Source: Gemmata obscuriglobus | GTDB taxonomy: Bacteria > Planctomycetota > Planctomycetia > Gemmatales > Gemmataceae | NCBI RefSeq assembly: GCF_008065095.1 | Contig: NZ_CP042911.1 | Span: forward strand, 6,210,001 to 6,242,000 | Reading direction: 5' to 3' | Length of the DNA stretch: 32,000 nt | Shown: positions 23,920 to 32,000 of the stretch, one piece after another | Layout: each line of letters starts with the position of its first letter | Numbering within the stretch: the first letter of the stretch is position 1 | The notes under the pieces: model-generated | Seen by the model: only the letters and a program-made list of their open reading frames with translations | What the model was told of the DNA's origin: nothing | The model's database searches: none | Program-made: the position numbers and the translations under genes

Positions 23920-24984
23920 TCAGCTCCGATCGCTGGTCAACAAGTGGAGCAGCCCGCTCTCCGCGGGCGACAGCCCGGACCGCTGCCGCGAGTGCAGGAG
24001 CGCGCCGGCGGCAAACTCCTCCAGTACGCGCGGGTGGACGTAACTCTTACGGCACACCGCGGGCGTGTTACCCAGCACCGCGGCCACGCCTTCGATAACG
24101 CCCACGAACGCCTTTTCGGCGGCGGTTCGCGATTCCGGCGCCGGCAGATCCCTTGCCAGTTGGAGCGCGACGACCGTGCCCGCCCAGGTGCGGAAGTCCT
24201 TTGCGGTGAACGCGCCCCCGGCCGCGGCGCGGATGTACGCGTTCACGTCCGCGGAGCCGATCTTGCGCACCTCGTTGTCCGGGGTGCGGTACTGAAAGAG
24301 GTGTTGGCCGGGTAAGTCGCGGCACGAGCGGACCACCCGGGCCAGCCGCTTGTCGCTCACCTTGCGCTCGTGCCGCACGCCGCTCTTGCCGCGGAACTGC
24401 ACGCGCACCGAACCGCTCGTGAATGAAACGTGCCGGTCGCACAACGTGCTCAGCCCGAACGATTTGTTCGCCTTTACGTACTCGGCGTTGCCGACCCGCA
24501 GGTGCGTGTGGTCCAGCAACTTCACAACCGCCGCAAGCACCTTTTGTTTTGGGAGCCCGGGCCGCCGCAGGTCGGCTTCAATTCGTTTTCGGATCTTGGG
24601 CAGCGTCGCCCCGAACGCCGCGACCCGGCCGAACTTGTCCCCCTCGCGCGAGGACCGGAACGCGGGGTGGTAGCGGTACTGCTTGCGCCCGCGGGCGTCG
24701 CGCCCTGTGGCCTGGACGTGCCCGCGCGGACTGGCGCAAATCCACACCTGCTCCCACGCCGGGGGGATCGCGAGCGACCGGATGCGTGCGAGCGTCGCGG
24801 TGTCACAAATGAGTTCCCCGCTCGGTGCGCGGTAACGGAACCCGCCACGGACGCGCTCGCGGCGGATACCGGGCCGATCGTCGGACGAGTGCGACACCCG
24901 GGCCGCGAACTTGAACACGGTTTCGACCGTCACGCGTGTCGTGACGGTGCGCTTCACACGAATCGTTACGGCGGCCCGAGTCAT
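23920..24984 (-). CDS. DNA topoisomerase IB (bacterial/poxvirus-type)
   Basis: IRSLAIPPAWEQVWIC, GHVQATGRDARGRKQYRYHP, FRGKSGVRHE, FTAKDFRTWAGT and LGNTPAVCRKSYVHP (catalytic Tyr context). ATG 24984 has GGAGGA 6 nt upstream. Confidence 0.85.
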   Translation of the reverse strand: MTRAAVTIRVKRTVTTRVTVETVFKFAARVSHSSDDRPGIRRERVRGGFRYRAPSGELICDTATLARIRSLAIPPAWEQVWICASPRGHVQATGRDARGRKQYRYHPAFRSSREGDKFGRVAAFGATLPKIRKRIEADLRRPGLPKQKVLAAVVKLLDHTHLRVGNAEYVKANKSFGLSTLCDRHVSFTSGSVRVQFRGKSGVRHERKVSDKRLARVVRSCRDLPGQHLFQYRTPDNEVRKIGSADVNAYIRAAAGGAFTAKDFRTWAGTVVALQLARDLPAPESRTAAEKAFVGVIEGVAAVLGNTPAVCRKSYVHPRVLEEFAAGALLHSRQRSGLSPAESGLLHLLTSDRS

Positions 24985-25318
24985 GGAACGTCCTCCGGCG
25001 GTGGCATAGCACGCCGCGTGCCGTATCGACTACTGGCGCCGCAGTGCCGGCACCGACTTTGCTACAAGAGGTGCTTGGTGCCGGGAATGTGGTTGTGCGT
25101 GGGCGCGAGCGAAAACCGTTTGAGCCGCCCGGCTCGTGTGGTGCCGGTGAGAGGCTGAGGAACTGCCGCGCCGGTGCTGAAGGCGGACGTGCGGCCCGCG
25201 GCGCAGATCGAGTTCGCCGCTGTGATCGCGCCCGGTCCGGACGACTCGTGAGGCGACACGGCACGCCCGGTGCTTCAGATCACCACCCGCCGCACATCGG
25301 CGGCGCAGGGAGACTCTG

Positions 25319-26080
25319 ATGAACAGCCGGAAAACCAATCAATACAAGCGGCAACTCGAAAAGATTGCGGACCGGGTCGGCCGGACCGCCGCGGCGCTGG
25401 AAGAAGAGGTTCGGATGCCGCTCGGGGGTGAGTCCGCGGGCGGCATGTCCAACGCGCCGTTGCACCTCGGCGATCTCGGCACGCACGCCTTTTCGCAGGA
25501 GCTTGATACCACGCTCCTTGAGAACGAGACCTACCTGCGTGACGAGGCCGTGGCCGCGCTCGGCCGGATCGACGACGGCACGTTCGGCCGCTGCACCTCG
25601 TGCGGCGGGGACGTTGGCGAGGAGCGCCTCGACGCGCTGCCGTACGTGCGGCAGTGCGTGGCGTGCGCGCAGGCCGAACAATCCGGGCTGCCGGTCAACG
25701 TGAACGAGGGGCGCCCGGCCGCGTGGCTGGGCGCACCGGGCCACGAGGCCAAGACCGAAAAGCCGCAGCGAGCGGTCGGCCGCGACCTCGGGGCGGACCC
25801 GACGGACGTTCACGCGGCCGGGACGCCCGGAGGCGGCGCCGCCGTCGGCGGGTTGGCCGGAACAACAGTGGGGGACGGCTCCCCCGACGGCGCGAACCTC
25901 CAGGACGCGATGGGCAGCGGCCCCCTCGACGACGACACCGACGAGGACGAACTGCCCGCAGAGGCGGGTTCGTCGGGCGGTGCGGTCGGCGGCACGCCTG
26001 CGAACAAGCGGGCCGGGGGCGCCGCTCGCAAGAGCCGGGCGGCGCAGCCGAAGGCGCGGGCGAAGAAGTCGAAGGAATAA
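25319..26080 (+). CDS. DksA/TraR-family C4 zinc-finger protein with a long low-complexity C-terminal extension
   Basis: GTFGRCTSCGGDVGEERLDALPYVRQCVACAQ is a CxxC-N17-CxxC DksA/TraR finger preceded by a coiled-coil-like region. About 130 aa of Gly/Ala/Asp-rich sequence follows, ending in a Lys/Arg tail. AGGGAG lies 7 nt upstream of the ATG. Confidence 0.75.
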   Translation: MNSRKTNQYKRQLEKIADRVGRTAAALEEEVRMPLGGESAGGMSNAPLHLGDLGTHAFSQELDTTLLENETYLRDEAVAALGRIDDGTFGRCTSCGGDVGEERLDALPYVRQCVACAQAEQSGLPVNVNEGRPAAWLGAPGHEAKTEKPQRAVGRDLGADPTDVHAAGTPGGGAAVGGLAGTTVGDGSPDGANLQDAMGSGPLDDDTDEDELPAEAGSSGGAVGGTPANKRAGGAARKSRAAQPKARAKKSKE

Positions 26081-26170
26081 CCGCCGGCCCCTGCGGGTCG
26101 TTTGTTGGCCCGTCGGCTCCTTCTGGCATGTGGGGTGCACCACAGGAGCTGCCCAACTCCGAGGTGCATC

Positions 26171-27274
26171 ATGGGTCAGAAGAACGTGCGCTACGCGGTG
26201 GTCGGCACGGGCTGGTTCGCTCAGGAGGCGATCCTCCCGGCGTTCCAGAATGCGACCGAGCATTCCAAACTCGCGGCAATCGTCTCCGGTGATCCGGTGA
26301 AGCAGAAAGAGGTGGGCGAGCGGTACGGCGTACCGGCCTACGGGTACGAGCAGTACGGCGACCTGCTCGAAAGCGGGAGCATCGACGCGGTGTACATTGC
26401 ACTGCCCAACGCAATGCACAAGGAGTACACGCTCCGCGCCGCGAAGCACAAGATCCACGTGCTCACCGAGAAACCGATGGCCGCGAACGCGGCCGAGTGC
26501 CGCGAGATGGTCGCCGCGTGCAGCGACGCCGGCGTCAAACTGATGGTCGCGTACCGGCTACACTTCGAGTCCGGAAACCTGACCGCCATCGATCACATCA
26601 AGAGCGGCAAGATCGGGGAGCCGCGGCTGTTCAGTTCGGTGTTCACACAAGAGATTCAAGAAGGGAACACGCGCCTCGACGCCGACCTCGCCGGCAGCCC
26701 CCTGATGGACATCGGCATCTACTGCATCAACGCCGCCCGCTACCTGTTCCAGGACGATCCGATCGAAGTGACCGGGTTCGCCGCGAGCAGCGGGGAGACG
26801 AAGTTCCGCGAGGTGCCCGAGATGGTGACCGCGGTGCTGCGGTTCCCAAAAGACCGCCTGGCGAGCTTCACGTGCGGGTTCGGTGAGGCCCGGGTGTCCG
26901 AGTACCGCGTGGTCGGAACCGCCGGCGACCTGCGGATGCAAACGGGGTACACGTTCCGCGGCGCGATCCAGATGCACCTGACCGACGAAAAAGGCGAAAC
27001 GCGAACGACCGAGTTCGGGGAGCGCGACCAGGTCGGACCGGAGATCGAGTACTTCTCCGAATGCGTGCTCCGGAACCGCGAGCCCGAGCCGAACGGGCTA
27101 GAAGGGCTCGCGGATCTGATCATCATCGACGCGATTAACGAGGCGTGCGCGACGGGCCGCGCGGTGAAGTTGCCGCCGTTCGCGCAGAAACCGCGGCCGT
27201 CGCTCAGGCAAGAGTACAAGATGCCGAAAGTCTCGGCCCCCGGACTGGTCAACGCCGCGTCCCCGGGCGGGTAA
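26171..27274 (+). CDS. Gfo/Idh/MocA-family NAD(P)-dependent oxidoreductase
   Basis: VRYAVVGTGWFAQEAILPAF (Rossmann), AVYIALPNAMHKEY and HVLTEKPMA (EKP motif). ATG 26171 has GAGG upstream; the track ORF starts at a TTG at 26102. Confidence 0.85.
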   Translation: MGQKNVRYAVVGTGWFAQEAILPAFQNATEHSKLAAIVSGDPVKQKEVGERYGVPAYGYEQYGDLLESGSIDAVYIALPNAMHKEYTLRAAKHKIHVLTEKPMAANAAECREMVAACSDAGVKLMVAYRLHFESGNLTAIDHIKSGKIGEPRLFSSVFTQEIQEGNTRLDADLAGSPLMDIGIYCINAARYLFQDDPIEVTGFAASSGETKFREVPEMVTAVLRFPKDRLASFTCGFGEARVSEYRVVGTAGDLRMQTGYTFRGAIQMHLTDEKGETRTTEFGERDQVGPEIEYFSECVLRNREPEPNGLEGLADLIIIDAINEACATGRAVKLPPFAQKPRPSLRQEYKMPKVSAPGLVNAASPGG

Positions 27275-27403
27275 CGATGTGCGTGGTTGAGCCTGTGGCT
27301 TGCTCAGATCCGCTCCGGCTGGTTGTACTGCTTTGTGTCACAGACGTTCCTGCCTGTGCCGTAAATGCAAAAGTAAAACGAACAAAATCAACCGGACTGT
27401 GAA

Positions 27404-27424
27404 CCAGTTCGATTAACGAACTGG
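27404..27424 (+). terminator. Candidate intrinsic terminator in the convergent intergenic region
   Basis: CCAGTTCG-ATTAA-CGAACTGG (8-bp stem) followed by CTTGTGTTTG. It lies in a lower-GC 200-bp spacer between the oxidoreductase and the histidine kinase. Confidence 0.4.
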
Positions 27425-27472
27425 CTTGTGTTTGAAACGACCGGGCGACGCGGATCAATCGACGCACCCGCG

Positions 27473-30400
27473 TCACCGTCCTGCGCGAAGGTCCTGAAGG
27501 AGTTTTTGCAGGTCGTCGAGCGCGACCGGCTTCACCAGGTGGCCGTCGCACCCGGCGTCGCGGGTCTTCGCGCGGTCCGCGTCCTGCCCCCAGCCGGTTA
27601 ACGCGATGATGACGACCCCCGCGCCCCACGGCTGCTCGCGGATGCGCCGGGTGGCGCCGAGCCCGTCAAGGTTCGGCATCCCGACGTCCATCAGGATCGC
27701 TTCGGGCCGGAACGCCTCGGCCGCCGCAACCGCCTCCAACCCGTCGTGCGCGGTGCGCACGTCGTTGCCGAGCAGCCCGAGCATCTCGGCCATTGATTCG
27801 GCCCCGTCGCGGTTGTCGTCCACGACCAGTATCCGGCACGGTCGCGCTGGGCCATCGGAGCCGGGCGCGGGGTCGGGGGCCGGCCGCTCGTCCGCGGCAC
27901 CGGCCACCGGCAGTCGCACGGTGAACGTGGTCCCGGTCCCCTCACCGGCACTCGCGGCCGTCACCGTTCCGCCGTGCATCTCGGTCAACCCTTTAACGAG
28001 CGCCAGCCCGATGCCCAGCCCGCCGGTGCTGCGCTCGGTTGTGCGGTTCACTTGGGAGAACATGTCGAAAATGGTCGTCAGCGCGGCGGCCGGAACGCCG
28101 ATCCCGTTGTCGCGCACCGCGGCCACCAGTTCGTCCCCGACGACGGCGGCCGAGATCCGAACGCGCCCGCCCCGCGGGGTGTACTTGGCGCTGTTGGTCA
28201 GCAGGTTCGAGAACACCTGCGCGAGCCGGGTCAGGTCCGCGTTCAGGAACACCGGCTCGGGCGGCAACTCGACTTCGAGCGCGTGCCCGGCCTCGTCGAT
28301 CTGCGGGCGGGCCGTCTCGACCGCGCTGGCGATCACCTCGGCCAGGGGCACCCGGGCGCGGCGCAGCTCCATTTTGTTGCGGTTGATGCGCGACACGTCG
28401 AGCAGGTCGTCCACTATGCGCACCATGTGCGCCAACTGGCGGTCCATGATCGCCCGGGCGCGGTCCCGGGCGGCGGAATCGGTGCCGGCGAGGCGGATCA
28501 CCTGGAGCTCGTTGCGGATCGGCGCGAGCGGGTTGCGCAGCTCGTGCGCGAGCAGCGCGATGAACTCGTCCTTCCGGCGGTCCACGTCGCGCAGCTCCTG
28601 TTCCATCGCCTGGCGGTCGGTCACGTCGCGGGTGGTGCCGGCGACCGCCTCCACTTCGCCGTTGGCGCCCAGCACCGGCACGAAGATGTAGTCGTAGATG
28701 CGGCGCCCGTTGGTGCCGGTGAACGGCACCTCGCCGCGGACCGCCTTCCGGGTGGCCGCCACCTGGTCGATTTCGCGGTCGTGCATCGCGGCGTGCCACG
28801 GCTCGTACCCGATTTCCAAACAGCTTTTGCCAATCGCGTCGGCGCGGGTGCGGCCCCACATCGCCAGCAGCGCCTCGTTGGCGTAGGTGAACCGGTGGTT
28901 CAGGTCGAACACGTACACCAAGTCCGGCGTGTTAGACAGAACCGTCTCGTACAGCCGCCGCTGCCGCTCGGACTCGGCCGTGACCCGGATCAGCTCGATC
29001 TCCGCCCGGTGCCGTTCGGTCAGGTCGATGCCCTGGACCAGGATGCCGGACACGGCCCCGGCGGCGTCCCGGATGGGCTGGTACACGAAATCCAGGATGC
29101 GCTCGGTGAGCGCCCCGTCGGCGGTTCGGACCTGGGCCCGGACGTCACTGCCCAGATACGGCTCGCCGGTGCGGTACACCCGGTCGAGGATCTCGAAGAA
29201 GCCCTGCCCCTCGATCTCGGGGAGGGCCGCGCGGACCGTCTTGCCGACCAGCGCGCGCCCGCCGACCAGTTCGGAGTACCGGTCGTTCGCCAGCTCGAAC
29301 ACGTGCTCCGGGCCGCGCAGCACGGCCATGAACGCCGGGGCGAGCCGAAACACTTCTTCCAACCGGCTCCGCTCGGCCGCCACTTCGGTGTGGAGCCGGC
29401 GCTCCGCCTCCACCGCCCGCGCCCGCTCCAGGGCCTCCCAGCACCGGCCCGCCACGGTGGACACGAGTTCGATCTCGGCCGGCGCCCAGGCCCGCGGCCC
29501 GCGCTGGTGAACGGCCATCGCCGCGGTGAACCGCCCATGTTTGTGGAGCGGCACGCAGATCACGGCCCCGATGTTGGTTGCGGCGTAGGCGGACCGGTCG
29601 TCCGGCCCGATCCGCGGGTCGGTCGCGACGTCGGCGACCACGTAGGGCTCGTTCGCACGCATGAGCCGCACGCACTCGGCCCCGAACGCCGCGACCGGCC
29701 ACCGCCCGACGATGCTCGGCACCCCGACGGGGTGGTCCCCGGTGATGACGAACACCGACTCGTCCTCGACCTCGGCGTACGCGCAGCGGTCGGCGCGCAG
29801 GTGTTCGGCCAGGAGCTTCGCGCTCACGCCCATCACCGCGCCCGGGGCGGCCAGCGGTTGCGTGGCGGCGGCGAGGTCGGCCAGGAACCGCTGGCGCCGC
29901 TCGCTCGCCCGCAGCGCCGCCTCGGCCGTCTTCCGGGCGGTGATGTCCTGCACGACCCCCAGCATTTGAACGAGCGAGCCGTCCTCGGCGTACACCCCGC
30001 GCCCGCGGGCCGACACCCAGACCGGGCAGTCTCCCAGTAGCGGGTACTCCATGTCGTAATCGGTCCGGGTCGCGGCCGCACGGCGGGACTCGTCCCGGCT
30101 CCGGTCGCGGTACTCGGGGTGGATGAGCCCGCGCATCGACTCGCGCCCGTGCGTGCAACCCGGCTCCACGCCGTAGATTTGGGCGGCCCGGTCGGACATG
30201 GTGAGCTGGTCCGTGACCGGGTCCCACACCCACGTGCCCAGGTCGGCGGCGTCCACGGCCAGCCGGAGCGCCTCCGCCAGCCGGTTGCGCGCGTCCTCCT
30301 GGAGCTTGCGCGGGGTGATGTCGCGGAACACCAGGATGGCCCCGTTGATCCGGCCGTCGGGGCCACGGATCGGGGCCGCGGAGTCGTCGATCGGGTGCTC

Positions 30401-31372
30401 GGCGCCGCCCCGGGCGATGAGGATGGTGTGGTTCGCCAGCCCGACGATGACGCCCTTCGCCAGCGCCCGCAGGGCCGGGTTCTCGACCTCGACGCGGGTG
30501 GACTCGTTGACGATGCGGAACACCTCGGTGAGCGGGCGCCCGGCGGCGGCGGCGGCGGGCCACCCGGTGAGCTGCTCGGCGACCGGGTTCATCAGCGTGA
30601 CGCGCCCGGCCGGGTCGGTCGCGATGACGCCGTCGCCGATGCTGGTGAGGGCGGTGCGGAGCCACTCGCGCTGTTCGATCAGTTCGGCGGCGGCGCGGGC
30701 ACGCGAACGGGAACCGCGGCGCAGCAGCCACACGAACAGCCCGAGCGCGACCAACCCGATGGCCGCCGCGGCCAGTTCCGAGAGCAGCGCGCTGGAGTGC
30801 GCCCGTTCGGACTCGTTTCGCCGCGTTCGGAGCAGGTCACGCTCGGCGCCCTCGAACTCGTCCGCCCCGCGTGCAAGTGCGGCGAGCCGGTCCGCCCACC
30901 CCGCTTCGGCGGCGCTGCGGCCGGCCTCGGGTCCGCGCTCCCTTCGCGCCGCAGCCGCCACGCGGAGTTGCCGCGAGGCGGCGGAGAAGAGGTCGGTAAT
31001 CTCGGCGATGCGGTCTTGCTGGGCGCGGTCGTCGCGTGTGAGCTGCGTGAGTTCGCCGAGCGCCGCGAGGGCACGTTCTTCGCCGGCACGTAGCGCCTGG
31101 GGCGGCTCCTCACCCGCCAGAACGAACGTGCGATGGGCGGCTTCCAGGTCGCGGATGTGGGCACGCACGGCGCCAAGGGCCGTGAGCACTTCCTGGGTGT
31201 GAGCTACCCGGGCTTCGCCGACGTGAACCGCGTGCGTGTGCCAGATCGAGGAGGCGGCGCTGGCGGCCACGAGGACCGCGAGCAGCACCGTGCCGGTGAG
31301 GACGCTGCGATCGAACTCCCTACCCATGCCCGCCCCTTGTTCGCGGTGCGGCCCGTCGGCCCGCCGGGGCAA
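27473..31372 (-). CDS. Hybrid sensor histidine kinase/response regulator: TM-CHASE3-TM, multiple PAS, GAF, PAS, HisKA, HATPase_c, REC (1299 aa)
   Basis: CHASE3-like N-terminus between two TM helices (..VAHTQEVLTALGAVRAHIRDLEAAHRTFVLAGEE..). PAS segments include IGDGVIATDPAGRVTLMNPVAEQLTGW, LGTWVWDPVTDQLTMSDRAAQIYG, APAFMAVLRGPEHVFELANDRY and TPDLVYVFDLNHRFTYANEALLAMWG. The GAF-like segment is LLAEHLRADRCAYAEVEDES. The H-box is DEFIALLAHELRNPLAPI and the G-boxes are RDNGIGV / GGLGIGLALV. The receiver is RILVVDDN..ILMDVGMPNLDG..LVKPV. An alternative start is ATG 31327. Confidence 0.9.
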   Translation of the reverse strand: MPRRADGPHREQGAGMGREFDRSVLTGTVLLAVLVAASAASSIWHTHAVHVGEARVAHTQEVLTALGAVRAHIRDLEAAHRTFVLAGEEPPQALRAGEERALAALGELTQLTRDDRAQQDRIAEITDLFSAASRQLRVAAAARRERGPEAGRSAAEAGWADRLAALARGADEFEGAERDLLRTRRNESERAHSSALLSELAAAAIGLVALGLFVWLLRRGSRSRARAAAELIEQREWLRTALTSIGDGVIATDPAGRVTLMNPVAEQLTGWPAAAAAGRPLTEVFRIVNESTRVEVENPALRALAKGVIVGLANHTILIARGGAEHPIDDSAAPIRGPDGRINGAILVFRDITPRKLQEDARNRLAEALRLAVDAADLGTWVWDPVTDQLTMSDRAAQIYGVEPGCTHGRESMRGLIHPEYRDRSRDESRRAAATRTDYDMEYPLLGDCPVWVSARGRGVYAEDGSLVQMLGVVQDITARKTAEAALRASERRQRFLADLAAATQPLAAPGAVMGVSAKLLAEHLRADRCAYAEVEDESVFVITGDHPVGVPSIVGRWPVAAFGAECVRLMRANEPYVVADVATDPRIGPDDRSAYAATNIGAVICVPLHKHGRFTAAMAVHQRGPRAWAPAEIELVSTVAGRCWEALERARAVEAERRLHTEVAAERSRLEEVFRLAPAFMAVLRGPEHVFELANDRYSELVGGRALVGKTVRAALPEIEGQGFFEILDRVYRTGEPYLGSDVRAQVRTADGALTERILDFVYQPIRDAAGAVSGILVQGIDLTERHRAEIELIRVTAESERQRRLYETVLSNTPDLVYVFDLNHRFTYANEALLAMWGRTRADAIGKSCLEIGYEPWHAAMHDREIDQVAATRKAVRGEVPFTGTNGRRIYDYIFVPVLGANGEVEAVAGTTRDVTDRQAMEQELRDVDRRKDEFIALLAHELRNPLAPIRNELQVIRLAGTDSAARDRARAIMDRQLAHMVRIVDDLLDVSRINRNKMELRRARVPLAEVIASAVETARPQIDEAGHALEVELPPEPVFLNADLTRLAQVFSNLLTNSAKYTPRGGRVRISAAVVGDELVAAVRDNGIGVPAAALTTIFDMFSQVNRTTERSTGGLGIGLALVKGLTEMHGGTVTAASAGEGTGTTFTVRLPVAGAADERPAPDPAPGSDGPARPCRILVVDDNRDGAESMAEMLGLLGNDVRTAHDGLEAVAAAEAFRPEAILMDVGMPNLDGLGATRRIREQPWGAGVVIIALTGWGQDADRAKTRDAGCDGHLVKPVALDDLQKLLQDLRAGR

Positions 31373-31483
31373 TATCTTACGGGCGCACTGCGGTCGGGCA
31401 CGCCCCGGCTGGTGTCGGGCCGGTGCGTCGGCTCTGCGCCTCGCTTGCCGGCGGCGCAGGTGGAAAGACCGTGGGGGCGCGAT

Positions 31484-32000
31484 TCAACTCCCGCCGCTCG
31501 TTACCACCGCACGACCGGGTTCCCGCACCGTGGGTGCCGGCGCGGCGGTCCGTTCCGGAGCTGCAGGCGTCACCCCGCGGGCGCGGTCGAGAGCCGCCTT
31601 CAGCCCGCGGTTCCAGGCGTCCAGGTTGTACCGGTCGCGCACGTCGGCCCGGGCCGTCCGCCCGAGCCGCCGGCGCAGGGCGTGGTCCTCGACCAGCCGC
31701 GACACCGCCTCGACGATTCCCGCGACCACTTCGGGGTCGGGCGTGTACGTGAACTCGTAGTCCTCGCGCAGCATCCCGGCTTCGGGGTCCGCCCAGGACG
31801 CCTTCCCGTGCCGGCCGCGGACCACCAGGCCGTTGTGGCCGTCCTCAAGGTACTCCTCCATGCCCCAACCGTCCGAGCCGACGACGGCGAGGCCGTAGGA
31901 CATCGCCTGGAGGAGCGACACGATGTGAACCCGGGCCGCGGGGAGCAGGAAGATGTCGCTCCCGGCGTGCAACTCGGCCATCTCCTCGTCGGTCAGGAAC
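31484..32000 (-). CDS. Glycosyltransferase family 1 (GT4-type), C-terminal part; N-terminus lies beyond the right edge
   Basis: SDIFLLPAARVHIVSLLQAMSYGLAVVGSDGWGMEEYLEDGHNGLVV is the GT1 C-terminal nucleotide-sugar binding pattern (E-x7-E-like region). The frame stays open upstream of the Met at 31981 to the window edge. Confidence 0.7.
   Translation of the reverse strand, partial: FLTDEEMAELHAGSDIFLLPAARVHIVSLLQAMSYGLAVVGSDGWGMEEYLEDGHNGLVVRGRHGKASWADPEAGMLREDYEFTYTPDPEVVAGIVEAVSRLVEDHALRRRLGRTARADVRDRYNLDAWNRGLKAALDRARGVTPAAPERTAAPAPTVREPGRAVVTSGGS

Noticed and set aside
25280-26458. 392-aa minus-strand ORF spanning the DksA-like gene and the oxidoreductase start
   Set aside because: It is antisense to two genes with clear motifs and SD-preceded starts, and its composition is typical of off-frame GC-rich sequence.
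27606-31202. Long plus-strand ORFs (27606..28691, 27974..30040 of 688 aa, 30119..31093, 30198..31202) overlapping the histidine kinase gene
   Set aside because: They are antisense to a gene with unmistakable HK/REC motifs. Their products are Arg/Pro/Gly/Ala-rich with no motifs. Stop-free antisense frames are expected in GC-rich DNA.
1-32000. CRISPR arrays, rRNA and tRNA genes
   Set aside because: I saw no regularly spaced 25-40-nt direct repeats, no rRNA-like conserved blocks and no complete cloverleaf candidates. The only periodic repeats are protein-level HEAT and FG-GAP units and the three short promoter-proximal repeats.

Overview
High-GC (roughly two-thirds G+C by eye) bacterial chromosomal window. 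I infer a Planctomycetota, Gemmata-like origin from long HEAT-repeat and FG-GAP proteins, an LEDRLTPA-type N-terminal motif on a secreted protease, and a Rhodopirellula/ISAzo13-type transposase. I support about 27 protein-coding genes and found no rRNA, tRNA or CRISPR array. Recognisable genes, left to right:
- SYLF/DUF500 protein (partial)
- 1021-aa membrane-anchored HEAT-repeat protein
- agmatine deiminase
- stand-alone receiver domain
- RNase III
- small Cys-rich protein
- FAD oxidoreductase
- PlsY fused to an extra 4-TM domain
- Tat-exported hypothetical
- PMT/ArnT-like glycosyltransferase
- GNAT acetyltransferase
- metallophosphoesterase
- divergent Tm-1-like pair (PEP-hydrolase-like TIM barrel and UPF0261) with a small membrane protein between them
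- a lower-GC block of orphan small genes
- S8 protease with FG-GAP repeats
- an intact-looking 1298-bp IS
- topoisomerase IB
- DksA/TraR zinc-finger protein
- Gfo/Idh/MocA oxidoreductase
- 1299-aa CHASE3-PAS-GAF hybrid histidine kinase
- partial GT1 glycosyltransferase

I see no recognisable defence or secondary-metabolite system. The most unusual items are:
- the split Tm-1-like module
- the aguA / TM-HEAT / SYLF same-strand cluster
- the PlsY fusion
- a 31-bp perfect palindrome
- a 70-nt island at 21% GC carrying consensus -10 boxes
- a 640-bp non-coding stretch upstream of rnc
- a coding-frame switch in an orphan gene
- the IS with an A7 recoding site

Many long ORFs in the track are antisense or off-frame artefacts of high GC. 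All family assignments come from motifs read by eye and need HMM or BLAST confirmation.
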